Positions 1 through 7,122 are shown, numbered from the stretch's first letter. The stretch is DNA of 11,830 nt from Frankiales bacterium (GCA_025980325.1 JAICXQ010000078.1:1-11830); one strand, 5' to 3'. The notes: generated by a model from the letters alone, not told the origin. Program-made: numbers and translations.

Positions 1-361
1 CCTGCACGATGCCGAGTTGCGTCGTGCGGCCCGGGTGCGCGCCGGTGATGTCGTTGCCGTCGAAGGTGATCCGGCCAGCCTTCGGCGTGACCAGGCCGGA
101 GATCGCCTTGAGCAGCGTCGACTTGCCCGCGCCGTTCGTGCCGAGCAGCGCGACGATCTCCCCGGGTGCGACGTCGATGTCGACACCGAAGAGGACCTGC
201 ACCTTGTCGTAGGCGACGTCGACGCCGCGGCACGACAGCAACGGCGCCGCGCTCGCGTCGATGGTCGTGTCGTCCGGGTACGTGGTCGCGTCGATCAGCG
301 CCGACAACGCAGCGGTCGGATCCGCCGTACGGCGGCGACCCAGACGGCGGGGACGCGGCAT
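1..361 (-). CDS. ABC transporter ATP-binding protein (LivF/LivG-like, branched-chain amino acid type). It is 5'-partial in the window: the N-terminal 120 aa are present and the gene runs off the left edge.
   Basis: Reverse-strand translation from the ATG at 361..359 reads MPRPRRLGRR...LLSCRGVDVAYDKVQVLFGVDIDVAPGEIVALLGTNGAGKSTLLKAISGLVTPKAGRITFDGNDITG. The Walker A motif GTNGAGKST is clear. The frame is open to position 1. The start ATG overlaps the TGA stop of the upstream permease (TGATG). This gene is absent from the ORF track only because it is cut by the window edge. Confidence 0.85.
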   Translation of the reverse strand, partial: MPRPRRLGRRRTADPTAALSALIDATTYPDDTTIDASAAPLLSCRGVDVAYDKVQVLFGVDIDVAPGEIVALLGTNGAGKSTLLKAISGLVTPKAGRITFDGNDITGAHPGRTTQLGIVQ

Positions 362-2568
362 CACGGGACCAGCTCCGGCTCCGGCTGCGCACCCACGAGC
401 GGCATCGCCGCAGGCACGTCGTCCTCGACCAGCCGGTCCGCGACCAGCGCGGGCACGTGAATCCGGCGGCGCGTCGCCACCCGGCGCAGCCAGTCGTCGC
501 GTTTCTCGAACGCCCAACCGGCGAGACCGCCCGGATTGACGTAGAGGTTGAGGATCAGCAGCGGTCCGGTCAGCAGCAGCGGGATGACCGCGAACCACGT
601 CGGCCCGAGCGGCGCGTAGACGTACGGCCCGAAGAGCACGAACGCCTCGAACGAGATGACGCCGAGCACGCCGGCCGACAGCGAACCGAGACCGGCCACG
701 GCCGCGGCCAGGAACACGCCGATGCTGCTGAAGACGTCGTAGTTGCCCGGGATGACGTTGTGTTGCTGGTACGCGTACAGCACACCGGCGACGCCGCAGA
801 TCGCGCCCGAGATCGCGAACGCAGCGAGCCGGGTGCGCACGGGCGGGATCGTGTACGACGTCGCTGCGCGCTGGTTGTCGCGCAACGCGATCAGCACCCG
901 GCCGCTGCGGTGCTTGCGGAACGACTGTGCCGCCAGGACACACACCAGCAGCAGCCCGAGGCAGACGAAGTAGAACGACTTCTCGTCTTCGAGGTCGAAG
1001 CGCCCGTACAGCCACGGCCGGCGGATCGCCGCGGCGCCGGTGTTCGGCAGGATGTGCGATCCGACCGAGTAGTTCGGGTTGAGGAACCAGTACTGCACCG
1101 CGTACCCGAACGCGAGCGTCGTCACCGCGAGGTAGAGCCCATGGATGCGGGTCGCGGGCAGGCCGACGATCAGTGCGGTCACGACACCGGCGCCGATGCC
1201 GATCGCGAGCGCGGCGAAGAAGTCGATGTTGTGCGAGGCGATGAGCCCGCCGGCGCACGCCGCGGACATACCGACGATGCCGAACTGGCCGAGGGAGATC
1301 TGCCCGGCCCATCCGGTCAGCACGACGAGCGAGACGCCGACGATGCCGTAGATCGGCAGGATCTGCAGCTTCGGCACATACGCGTCGCCGATGACGAACG
1401 GCAGCACGATCGCGAGCGCGAGGATCGCGGCGATGCTCATGACGCGGGCGCGCACGACGGTGTCGATCCGGCGCAATTCCAACGGGATCGGCCGGAACGT
1501 CGCGACCGTCTGCCAGCTCGACGCGTCCGCCTCGACCGCACGCGAGCGGCTGCGGCGCTGGAACAGCATCGCGAAGTAGATGACGATGAACATCGTCAAC
1601 GCGGCCCAGTCGTAGTTGCCCGACTTCGCCGTCGAGCCGGTGATGAGCAGGCCGACGCCGAGACCGGCGAGCAGCGCGAGCCCGACGTTCTGGAACCGTG
1701 CGATCACCGCGGCCGCGAGCCCGTAGAGCAGCGTGTCGAAACCGAGCGTCGCGTCGCTCGGTACGCCGACGATCGGCGCCTGCGCGAAGATCGCCGCGCC
1801 CGAGAGCAGGCCGGCGATCGCCCACGCGGCCATGTTCACGGTGTTGACCGGAATGCCGAGCAGCTTCGCCCGCTCGGCGTTCTCGCTCGACGCGCGCAGC
1901 GCGATGCCGAGCCGGGTGCGCTTGAGGAAGTACATGAGCCCGAGCGTCAGCACGACGACGAGACCGACGGCGAAGATGTGGTTGCCGGTGACGATCGGCT
2001 CGCCGCGCGAGTTGTGGAACTGCACGTTCTGCCACGGCGTCGTGACCTTCGGCACCGCCGCGGCCCGCTCGCCGAACCACACCGGGATGAAGAAGCCGAG
2101 TGCGGCGTAGCTCTGCGCCACACCGATCGAGATGACCGTGACGATAAGCCGCGAGGACTTGTTGAACCGGCGGAGGATCAGCACCTCGGTCAGCGCGCCG
2201 GACAGCATCCCGCCGACCAGCGCGATCGGCATCGTGACGAGGTAGCTGACCCCGTCGGCGGTCGACAGCAGCACCGCGGTGATCGCCGGCACCGCGCCGA
2301 CCGCGGCCGCGGCGAAGTTGATGATCCGGCTGGTCCGGTAGGCCAGCACCAGCGCGACGCCGACGATGCCGTAGAGCGAGCCGAGCGACAGGCCGTCGAC
2401 GGTGTTCTTCGTCGTCAGCCCGAAGAACCAGCGGACGACGATGAAGAACCCGATCGCGATGATCGTGCGCCGGATGATGACCGCGGGCAGGCGCGGGCTC
2501 GAGGCCACGTCGATCGCGCGGCCGATGGCGTTCCCGACGGGCTGCGCCGCCGCCCCGTACGCACTCAC
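361..2568 (-). CDS. Fused two-domain ABC permease (LivH-like + LivM-like) for a branched-chain amino acid/amide type uptake system.
   Basis: The minus ORF ends at 361. It has many hydrophobic helices, for example AVIIRRTIIAIGFFIVVRWFF, IVGVALVLAYRTSRIINFAAAAVGAVPAITAVLL, LGIPVNTVNMAAWAIAGLLSGAAIF and IYGIVGVSLVVLTGWAGQISLGQFGIVGMSAACAGG. This is typical of LivH followed by LivM. The proposed start is the GTG at 2568..2566, which overlaps the TGA stop of the upstream gene (GTGA). The ORF-track start at 2727 would overlap the upstream gene by 160 nt and is unlikely. The start is uncertain by a few codons. Confidence 0.8.
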   Translation of the reverse strand: MSAYGAAAQPVGNAIGRAIDVASSPRLPAVIIRRTIIAIGFFIVVRWFFGLTTKNTVDGLSLGSLYGIVGVALVLAYRTSRIINFAAAAVGAVPAITAVLLSTADGVSYLVTMPIALVGGMLSGALTEVLILRRFNKSSRLIVTVISIGVAQSYAALGFFIPVWFGERAAAVPKVTTPWQNVQFHNSRGEPIVTGNHIFAVGLVVVLTLGLMYFLKRTRLGIALRASSENAERAKLLGIPVNTVNMAAWAIAGLLSGAAIFAQAPIVGVPSDATLGFDTLLYGLAAAVIARFQNVGLALLAGLGVGLLITGSTAKSGNYDWAALTMFIVIYFAMLFQRRSRSRAVEADASSWQTVATFRPIPLELRRIDTVVRARVMSIAAILALAIVLPFVIGDAYVPKLQILPIYGIVGVSLVVLTGWAGQISLGQFGIVGMSAACAGGLIASHNIDFFAALAIGIGAGVVTALIVGLPATRIHGLYLAVTTLAFGYAVQYWFLNPNYSVGSHILPNTGAAAIRRPWLYGRFDLEDEKSFYFVCLGLLLVCVLAAQSFRKHRSGRVLIALRDNQRAATSYTIPPVRTRLAAFAISGAICGVAGVLYAYQQHNVIPGNYDVFSSIGVFLAAAVAGLGSLSAGVLGVISFEAFVLFGPYVYAPLGPTWFAVIPLLLTGPLLILNLYVNPGGLAGWAFEKRDDWLRRVATRRRIHVPALVADRLVEDDVPAAMPLVGAQPEPELVP

Positions 2569-4379
2569 TGACGGGCCTCCGGCGGCGGTGCCGGCGGCTG
2601 CCCCAGCGACGGGAAGTTCATGTCGAAGCGGCTGCCCTCGATCTGCACGTACGTGCCCGGCTGGTTGTTGTACGGGCTGGTTTTCGCCTTGTCCCAGTAG
2701 ACGACCCGCACGTCCTTGGTCCAGCACCAGTCATTGGCGCGGAAACCGCGCAGCGGCATGTTCGTCGTACCGCCGCCACGCATGCCGAGATCGGGTGCCG
2801 CCGCCTGCATCCGGGCCGGCGTCAGCAGCGGCCCGGCGTTCTCCAGCAGCGACGCGAACATGCTGTAGTCGGTCCAGACGATCTGCAGCGTCGCCGCCGC
2901 GATCGGCAGCTTCGGGTTGTGCGTCTGCGCGGTCCAGACCTTCACCGCGGCGGTCTGCGCCGGCGCGGTCTGCGGATCGTTGGAACTCAACCCGACGGTG
3001 CTGTCGTATGGACAGTTGCCGCCGCTCGGACAGGCGACCGTGTCGCCGTTGTTCGCCGAGTTGGAATACGTCTGGCCGTTGGAGTCGAAGTCCATCGTCT
3101 GGTCGTCGGCGAGGATCGACTCGGGCCAGTAGTTGTCGGACTTGTACGCGCCGAGGCCGAACTGCGGCGCGACCGGGTCGCAGAAGCACACGACGCTCGT
3201 CGCCGGGTTCGTCGGCGTGTTCATCTTCGACGCCTGTGTCGCCGACTGCTGCGCGGCGGTGTTGATGTCCTGCGCGTAGAAGTACTCGTGCCCGTTGACC
3301 GACGTGTTGCAGCCGCGCTGCAACGCCGGGTAGAGCACGTCTTTGACCGTCGCCTCGTTGTCGGGGTCGTTGGTACTGACGACGCCGAGCTGGCGCGTCA
3401 TCGCGCGTAGGTTCTCGGTCGAGTTCTCGGTGCCGGCGAACGCGGCCTTCTTGCCGGCCATCTGCGCGCACCACCAGCTCGCGAACTCCAGCTGGATCCG
3501 GGTCGCGCTCTCGCCGCCGTCGTAGGAGTACGGCGCGTTGGCGTTGTGGAACTTGTCGGAGAAGCCGCCGCCGCCGAAGTTCACGACGTGCAGCCGGGAC
3601 AGCTCGGCGAAGCACTGCGAGCAGACCGTCGTCTCCCAGAACACCGCGTACGGGTGGTACTTCGCGACGATCGTGTCCATCTCGCTGATCAGGCACGAGT
3701 AGTCCGGCGGGACCGTGCGGCAGGTTCCCTCGACGCTGTCGACGTGGATCTTGCGACCCCACAGGTTGTAGTGGCTGTTGATGAAGCCGGCGTACGCGTC
3801 GTTCCACGTCTTCGCCTGGTCGGCCGTGTAGTACAGGCCCTGCGCCTTGAGGATCTGGTCGACCTCGGCGCCGTAGTCGGCGACGTAGTTGACGACCTCG
3901 ATCGTGCTGCCGGTGACACCGCGCCAGGTCGCGCCGTTGTTGTTGGGGTACGCCGCGCCCGGCGTGCCGGGAACGCACGGCGGGGCGTAGTAGTCGAGCC
4001 CCGGGTTGAACTGCCGGCCGTCGACGCAGTGGGTCCGGTCGCCGGGAAGTTGCTGCAGGCCGGCACCGCTCGCGGTCACGCCGGGGCCGGTCGCGCCGCC
4101 GGCGATCGTGCCGCCGCCGGTGGTGCCGCCGACCACGGGCTGGCCGTTGGCGCCGAGCGGCTGACCGTTGGCGGCCAAGGGCTGGCCGTTCGCGCCGAGC
4201 GGCTGGCCGTTGGCGCCGAGCGGCTGACCGTTCGGCGCGGTGCCGCCGCCGCCGGCGCCGTAGCCCCCGAGCGCCGAAGCGTTGCTCGCGTTCGGGGCGG
4301 TGCTCGGGACGGCCAGCGCGATGACCAACTGCGCGACGACCAACACGATGAGCGGACCGAACTTGCCGAATGGGTTCAC
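2565..4379 (-). CDS. Putative extracytoplasmic solute-binding protein of the ABC transporter, highly divergent. It has an N-terminal TM/signal anchor, a Gly/Pro-rich stalk with NGQPLGA x5 heptad repeats, and a Cys/Trp-rich globular domain. The function assignment is tentative.
   Basis: 604 aa. GTG start at 4379..4377, with a GGAGG Shine-Dalgarno 6 nt upstream (plus-strand cctcc at 4386..4390). N-terminus: MNPFGKFGPLIVLVVAQLVIALAVP (hydrophobic anchor). The gene is first in the operon and translationally coupled to the permease (GTGA overlap), which is the position normally held by LivJ/LivK. Weak resemblance to type I periplasmic binding proteins (GSTIEVVNYVADYG...GRKIHV...VAKYHPYAVF). I cannot place it in a named family by eye. 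Confidence 0.6.
   Translation of the reverse strand: MNPFGKFGPLIVLVVAQLVIALAVPSTAPNASNASALGGYGAGGGGTAPNGQPLGANGQPLGANGQPLAANGQPLGANGQPVVGGTTGGGTIAGGATGPGVTASGAGLQQLPGDRTHCVDGRQFNPGLDYYAPPCVPGTPGAAYPNNNGATWRGVTGSTIEVVNYVADYGAEVDQILKAQGLYYTADQAKTWNDAYAGFINSHYNLWGRKIHVDSVEGTCRTVPPDYSCLISEMDTIVAKYHPYAVFWETTVCSQCFAELSRLHVVNFGGGGFSDKFHNANAPYSYDGGESATRIQLEFASWWCAQMAGKKAAFAGTENSTENLRAMTRQLGVVSTNDPDNEATVKDVLYPALQRGCNTSVNGHEYFYAQDINTAAQQSATQASKMNTPTNPATSVVCFCDPVAPQFGLGAYKSDNYWPESILADDQTMDFDSNGQTYSNSANNGDTVACPSGGNCPYDSTVGLSSNDPQTAPAQTAAVKVWTAQTHNPKLPIAAATLQIVWTDYSMFASLLENAGPLLTPARMQAAAPDLGMRGGGTTNMPLRGFRANDWCWTKDVRVVYWDKAKTSPYNNQPGTYVQIEGSRFDMNFPSLGQPPAPPPEARQ
4140..4244 (-). repeat. In-frame tandem repeat, 21 nt x 5 (imperfect), encoding (N-G-Q-P-L-G-A)x5 in the stalk of the solute-binding-like protein.
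   Basis: The plus strand shows ggctggccgttggcgccgagc, ggctgaccgttggcggccaag, ggctggccgttcgcgccgagc, ggctggccgttggcgccgagc, ggctgaccgttcggcgcggtg consecutively. The protein reads PNGQPLGANGQPLGANGQPLAANGQPLGANGQPV. Confidence 0.85.
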
Positions 4380-4420
4380 GCGAACCTCCGGTGCGACTCG
4401 GGCGGGGCACGGCCGGCACC

Positions 4421-4436
4421 TGTGACCTCGGTCACA
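4421..4436. promoter_or_regulatory. Perfect CRP/cAMP-receptor-protein type operator, TGTGA-N6-TCACA (TGTGACCTCGGTCACA). A third GGTCAC half-site-like copy lies at 4456..4461.
   Basis: 16-bp sequence tgtgacctcggtcaca with 7-bp perfect arms (TGTGACC/GGTCACA). It matches the CRP consensus known for E. coli CRP and mycobacterial Crp (Rv3676). Its centre is about 50 bp upstream of the GTG start of the transporter operon and about 85 bp downstream of the stop of the adenylate cyclase gene. Confidence 0.5.
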
Positions 4437-4506
4437 AGTACGTACCCATACTCCTGGTCACGGTTCGTCCGCGCTAGGGAGGTTCAGTCCTGTTTTGTCT
4501 TTCTGT

Positions 4507-5571
4507 TCAGGCGGGCAGCAACCGGTACACCGCAGGCGGGGTTCCGAAGCCCTTGAGCGCTTGCGCGGGCAGTCTTTCGAACTGATGTTCGGATACCGCG
4601 ACGGCGACGGCCTCGCTGACGAAGACCGTGCCCGGGTTGGCGAGCGCGACCAGGCGGGCGGCGAGGTTCACGACCTCGCCGAAGTAGTCGCCGTACAGCG
4701 AGAGCACCGGGCCGCAGGCGAGGCCGACCCGCACCGGCGGCAGGCCCTCGGAGTCCGCGAACACGCCGGCGAGGGCCAGCGCGGCGGCGCAGCCGTCCTG
4801 GGCGCTGTCGGCCGCGAACATCACCCCGTCGCCGATCGTCTTCACCGGCCGGCTGCCGTTACGGGAGAGCACATCGCCGACGGTGTCCTCGAACCGGCTC
4901 AGCAGCCCGGCGAGGTCGCGGGCGTCGAGGGTGCGGGCGAGGGCGGTGTAGCCGACCAGGTCGACGAACCCGATCGCGAGGTCGCGGCTGGTCGTCGCGC
5001 TGTCCTCGCCCGGCATCCACGCGCTGCCGGCCACCCGGACGAGATGCGCCTCGAACACCTCGTTCACGAACGTCTCCAGCGCCGGCAGCGTGTCCCGCGT
5101 GATCCCGATGTAGCCCTCGACGACGTCGCTGTAGTTGGTGCCGGCGGTGAGTTCGGGCACCTCGAACGCCATCCGGTACGCGTCGACGATGGCCTCGGCG
5201 AGCCGGGCCGCGGACGCGCCGATGACCCGCGCGATGCCGAGCGCGGTCTCCTCGCCGAGCCATTCGGTCGCGGCCTGGCTGATGACGGTCTGCGCCTCGA
5301 CGAACCGGACCGGGAACCGCCGGCTGGCCGGGTCGGCGAACCCGAGTGCGCGCCAGAACCGCGCGACGTCGTCCGGTGTAGCGCCGAGGCGCGCGGCCGA
5401 CTCGGCCAGACCCACCGGCTCGCTGCCGGCCCGCAGCACCACCTCGAGCGCGAGCGGGCCCAGACCACCCGAGTCGCGCGCGGCCGCGATCTCGTCCTCG
5501 GACGCGCCGAGCGTGCGCAGGTATGCCGCGAGCCGTTCGATGTCGGCCGGCTCGGGCGCGGGGAGCGTCAC
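4507..5571 (-). CDS. Class III adenylate cyclase with an N-terminal regulatory (autoinhibitory) domain, Rv1264/Rv2212-like architecture.
   Basis: 354 aa. GTG start at 5571..5569. The C-terminal catalytic domain has hallmark cyclase motifs: FVDLVGYTALA (metal/substrate region), KTIGDGVMFAA, GLACGPVLSLYGDYFGEVVNLAARL. The N-terminal ~180 aa (MTLPAPEPADIERLAAYLRTLGASEDEIAAARDSGG...DDVARFWRALGFADP) resembles the helical regulatory domain of mycobacterial Rv1264. Confidence 0.88.
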   Translation of the reverse strand: MTLPAPEPADIERLAAYLRTLGASEDEIAAARDSGGLGPLALEVVLRAGSEPVGLAESAARLGATPDDVARFWRALGFADPASRRFPVRFVEAQTVISQAATEWLGEETALGIARVIGASAARLAEAIVDAYRMAFEVPELTAGTNYSDVVEGYIGITRDTLPALETFVNEVFEAHLVRVAGSAWMPGEDSATTSRDLAIGFVDLVGYTALARTLDARDLAGLLSRFEDTVGDVLSRNGSRPVKTIGDGVMFAADSAQDGCAAALALAGVFADSEGLPPVRVGLACGPVLSLYGDYFGEVVNLAARLVALANPGTVFVSEAVAVAVSEHQFERLPAQALKGFGTPPAVYRLLPA

Positions 5572-5649
5572 GCCCCGACCTTACGGCGGTTGCGGCGGCG
5601 CGGTTCGTGCGTAGGTCATCTCGAAGCGCACGACGACGGAAGGGACACC

Positions 5650-6330
5650 ATGAGGGCACGGATGTTCGCAGCGGCATCGCTCATCGGCGCGCTCGTCGGG
5701 GCACCGGCGGCGCACGCGGCCGGTCACCCGGCGCATCCGAAGCCGGTCTGCCACCTGCTCACCGACCCGCGCGGCGACACGCAGTCGACCGGTCCCGACG
5801 ACGACACCCAGCTCGACATCGTCGGCGGCGACTTCGCGATGAACCGATCGACGCTCACGGTCGTCGTCCGGGTCGCGGCGCTGACCGCGGAGGACATCAC
5901 CGAGCCCGCCGGTCGGGTCTACGAATACGACTTCACCGCGAACGGCAAGAACTTCATCGCGATGGCGTCACTGCTGCCCGGCGGCAGCAACTTCGAGGCG
6001 TTCGTCTCGGATCAGCGCATCGAGCCGGGCCAGTCCGGCGCGCGCGCCGCGACCGGTATCGGCGCGATGGCGGGCACGCTCGACCTGCAGGCGCACGAGG
6101 TGCGGATGTCCGCGCCGCTGTCGATCTACGCGCCGTACGCGAGCTTCAATCAGACGAACGTCGACCACATGGCCGCGTTCACCTACCGCGCGCACGGCGA
6201 GAGCCTGAGCGGTACGCCGGTCGGCAAGGCCGTCGACGTCTCGTCGTCGTTCGGCGTCGGCGTCGACAGTGCGTGGACGGGCAAGATCTACCGGCCGTAC
6301 GCGCCGAGCTGTGTGAAGGTCGGGCGATGA
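5650..6330 (+). CDS. Secreted hypothetical protein (Sec signal peptide). One Cys is near the mature N-terminus and one near the C-terminus.
   Basis: ATG at 5650, preceded by ggaagggac (SD-like). N-terminus MRARMFAAASLIGALVGAPAAHAAG has n/h/c regions with an AHA-A cleavage-like site. 226 aa. Cys34 and Cys222 are the only cysteines. It is the C-terminal third of a 611-aa artefactual ORF in the track, whose upstream part is antisense to the cyclase. No recognisable domain. Confidence 0.7.
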   Translation: MRARMFAAASLIGALVGAPAAHAAGHPAHPKPVCHLLTDPRGDTQSTGPDDDTQLDIVGGDFAMNRSTLTVVVRVAALTAEDITEPAGRVYEYDFTANGKNFIAMASLLPGGSNFEAFVSDQRIEPGQSGARAATGIGAMAGTLDLQAHEVRMSAPLSIYAPYASFNQTNVDHMAAFTYRAHGESLSGTPVGKAVDVSSSFGVGVDSAWTGKIYRPYAPSCVKVGR

Positions 6331-6354
6331 ATCAGCCGTAGACGAGGCGGCTGA
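6331..6354. terminator. Possible bidirectional terminator hairpin at a convergent gene junction: ATCAGCCG-N8-CGGCTGAT, overlapping both stop codons.
   Basis: 8-bp perfect inverted arms at 6331..6338 and 6347..6354. It lies between the convergent 5650..6330(+) and 6332..6808(-) genes. No T-tract, which is common in high-GC actinobacteria. Confidence 0.25.
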
Positions 6355-6808
6355 TCCAGTCGGCGACGAGCGCCGGCTTCGGCTCGCCCTCGATCTCGAC
6401 CGTGAAGGTGCGCGTGATCTGCAGGTTGTTGGCGTCCTTGAGGTCGACGCTCGCCAGCACCGACTTCGCGCGGATCCGCGAACCGACCTTGACCGGCGTG
6501 ACGAACCGGACCTTGTCGAAGCCGTAGTTGATGCCCATGAGGATGCCGTCGTACCGCTCGCCCGGCTGTGGGATCGACGACGACAGGTGGGTGAGCAGCG
6601 AGAGCGTGAGGAAGCCGTGCGCGATCGTCGTACCCCACGGTGACAGCGCGGCCGCCTGCTCGGGATCGACGTGGATGAACTGGTGGTCCTCGGTGACGTC
6701 GGCGAACGCGTCGATGCGCTTCTGGTCGATCTCCAACCATTCGCCGGTGCCTTCGTCCGAACCGACCGCGGCCTTGAACAGTTCGTACGCCGCTTCCGCC
6801 TTGCTCAT
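6332..6808 (-). CDS. MaoC-like (R)-specific enoyl-CoA hydratase/dehydratase, hotdog fold.
   Basis: 158 aa. ATG at 6808..6806, with AGGAGGA 6 nt upstream (plus tcctcct at 6815..6821). Hydratase-2 motif context ...FADVTEDHQFIHVDPEQAAALSPWGTTIAHGFLTLSLL... The ORF-track version (to 7039) has a spurious N-terminal extension. Confidence 0.85.
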   Translation of the reverse strand: MSKAEAAYELFKAAVGSDEGTGEWLEIDQKRIDAFADVTEDHQFIHVDPEQAAALSPWGTTIAHGFLTLSLLTHLSSSIPQPGERYDGILMGINYGFDKVRFVTPVKVGSRIRAKSVLASVDLKDANNLQITRTFTVEIEGEPKPALVADWISRLVYG

Positions 6809-7027
6809 GTGTCGTCCTCCTGGGTCGCGAGGTAACGATCGTGACACTCGCGGTCGTCCGTCGAGCCAGGCGGGGCTCAGGTCCGAGCCGGCACCGCGGG
6901 AAAGAGTCGTCGTCATGACCGAGGTGCACACGCACCGGGCGAGCGTCGCGGACCGCGCGTCCGCGGCAGCGGTCGGCCTGACCGCGGGCGTTGGCGGCAG
7001 CGGCCACCGAGCAGGCCGCCGGCGACT

Positions 7028-7069
7028 TGTCAGCAGCACACGTCGCTATGGCAACGCCACGTGCTGACA
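7028..7069. promoter_or_regulatory. Inverted repeat TGTCAGCA-N26-TGCTGACA, with an inner ACGT...ACGT pair, in the 314-bp divergent intergenic region upstream of the BNR protein gene.
   Basis: tgtcagca at 7028..7035 and tgctgaca at 7062..7069 are exact reverse complements. It lies 55-95 bp upstream of ATG 7123. Candidate operator or 5'-UTR hairpin. Confidence 0.25.
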
Positions 7070-7122
7070 GGTCGCGAGCCGTACGCCGTTGCGGTCAGGC
7101 GCGCCGCGCGTATCTGCAGGTG

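Noticed and set aside
166-2571. 801-aa plus-strand ORF (and the 17..460, 261..539, 743..973 ORFs) rich in Arg/Asp/Gly.
   Set aside because: It is antisense to the clearly membrane-spanning permease and ATPase genes. The Arg-rich low-complexity composition is typical of out-of-frame ORFs in high-GC DNA. There is no RBS or domain signal.
2731-4419. 562-aa minus-strand ORF in an alternative frame to the SBP-like gene, and plus-strand ORFs 2402..3265, 2919..3410, 3546..4556.
   Set aside because: They overlap the 2565..4379 gene, which has an SD-preceded start, a signal anchor and ordered sequence. The alternatives are Arg/Pro-rich with no motifs.
4480-4506. Locally AT/T-rich tract (cctgttttgtctttctgttcag) just after the cyclase stop, considered as an intrinsic terminator.
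   Set aside because: The gene it would terminate is on the minus strand, where this tract reads as A-rich and precedes no stable hairpin. It may instead be promoter/UP-element DNA for the transporter operon, but I cannot support a specific call.
4495-5649. N-terminal 385 aa of the 611-aa plus ORF 4495..6330. Also 4859..5677(-), 5064..5468(-), 5135..5614(+) and 5523..6341(+).
   Set aside because: The upstream part of the 611-aa ORF is antisense to the adenylate cyclase, which has canonical catalytic motifs. Only the last 226 codons (from ATG 5650, with a signal peptide) look like a real gene. The others are out-of-frame GC artefacts.
6916-7067. 50-aa ORF MTEVHTHRASVADRASAAAVGLTAGVGGSGHRAGRRRLVSSTRRYGNATC in the long intergenic region (part of ORF 6528..7067).
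   Set aside because: It is Arg/Gly-rich and low-complexity, with no convincing SD and no hydrophobic core. It is more likely non-coding leader sequence, though a small protein cannot be excluded.
6991-7122. Upstream extension of the BNR gene (start at 6991 or ATG 7048), which would create an RRAYLQV Tat-like motif.
   Set aside because: The Arg-Arg lies 12 residues before the hydrophobic core, interrupted by MTKHR. ATG 7123 gives a textbook Sec signal (n-region MTKHR, h-region, ASSA). The extension is Arg/Ala-rich like the non-coding frames.
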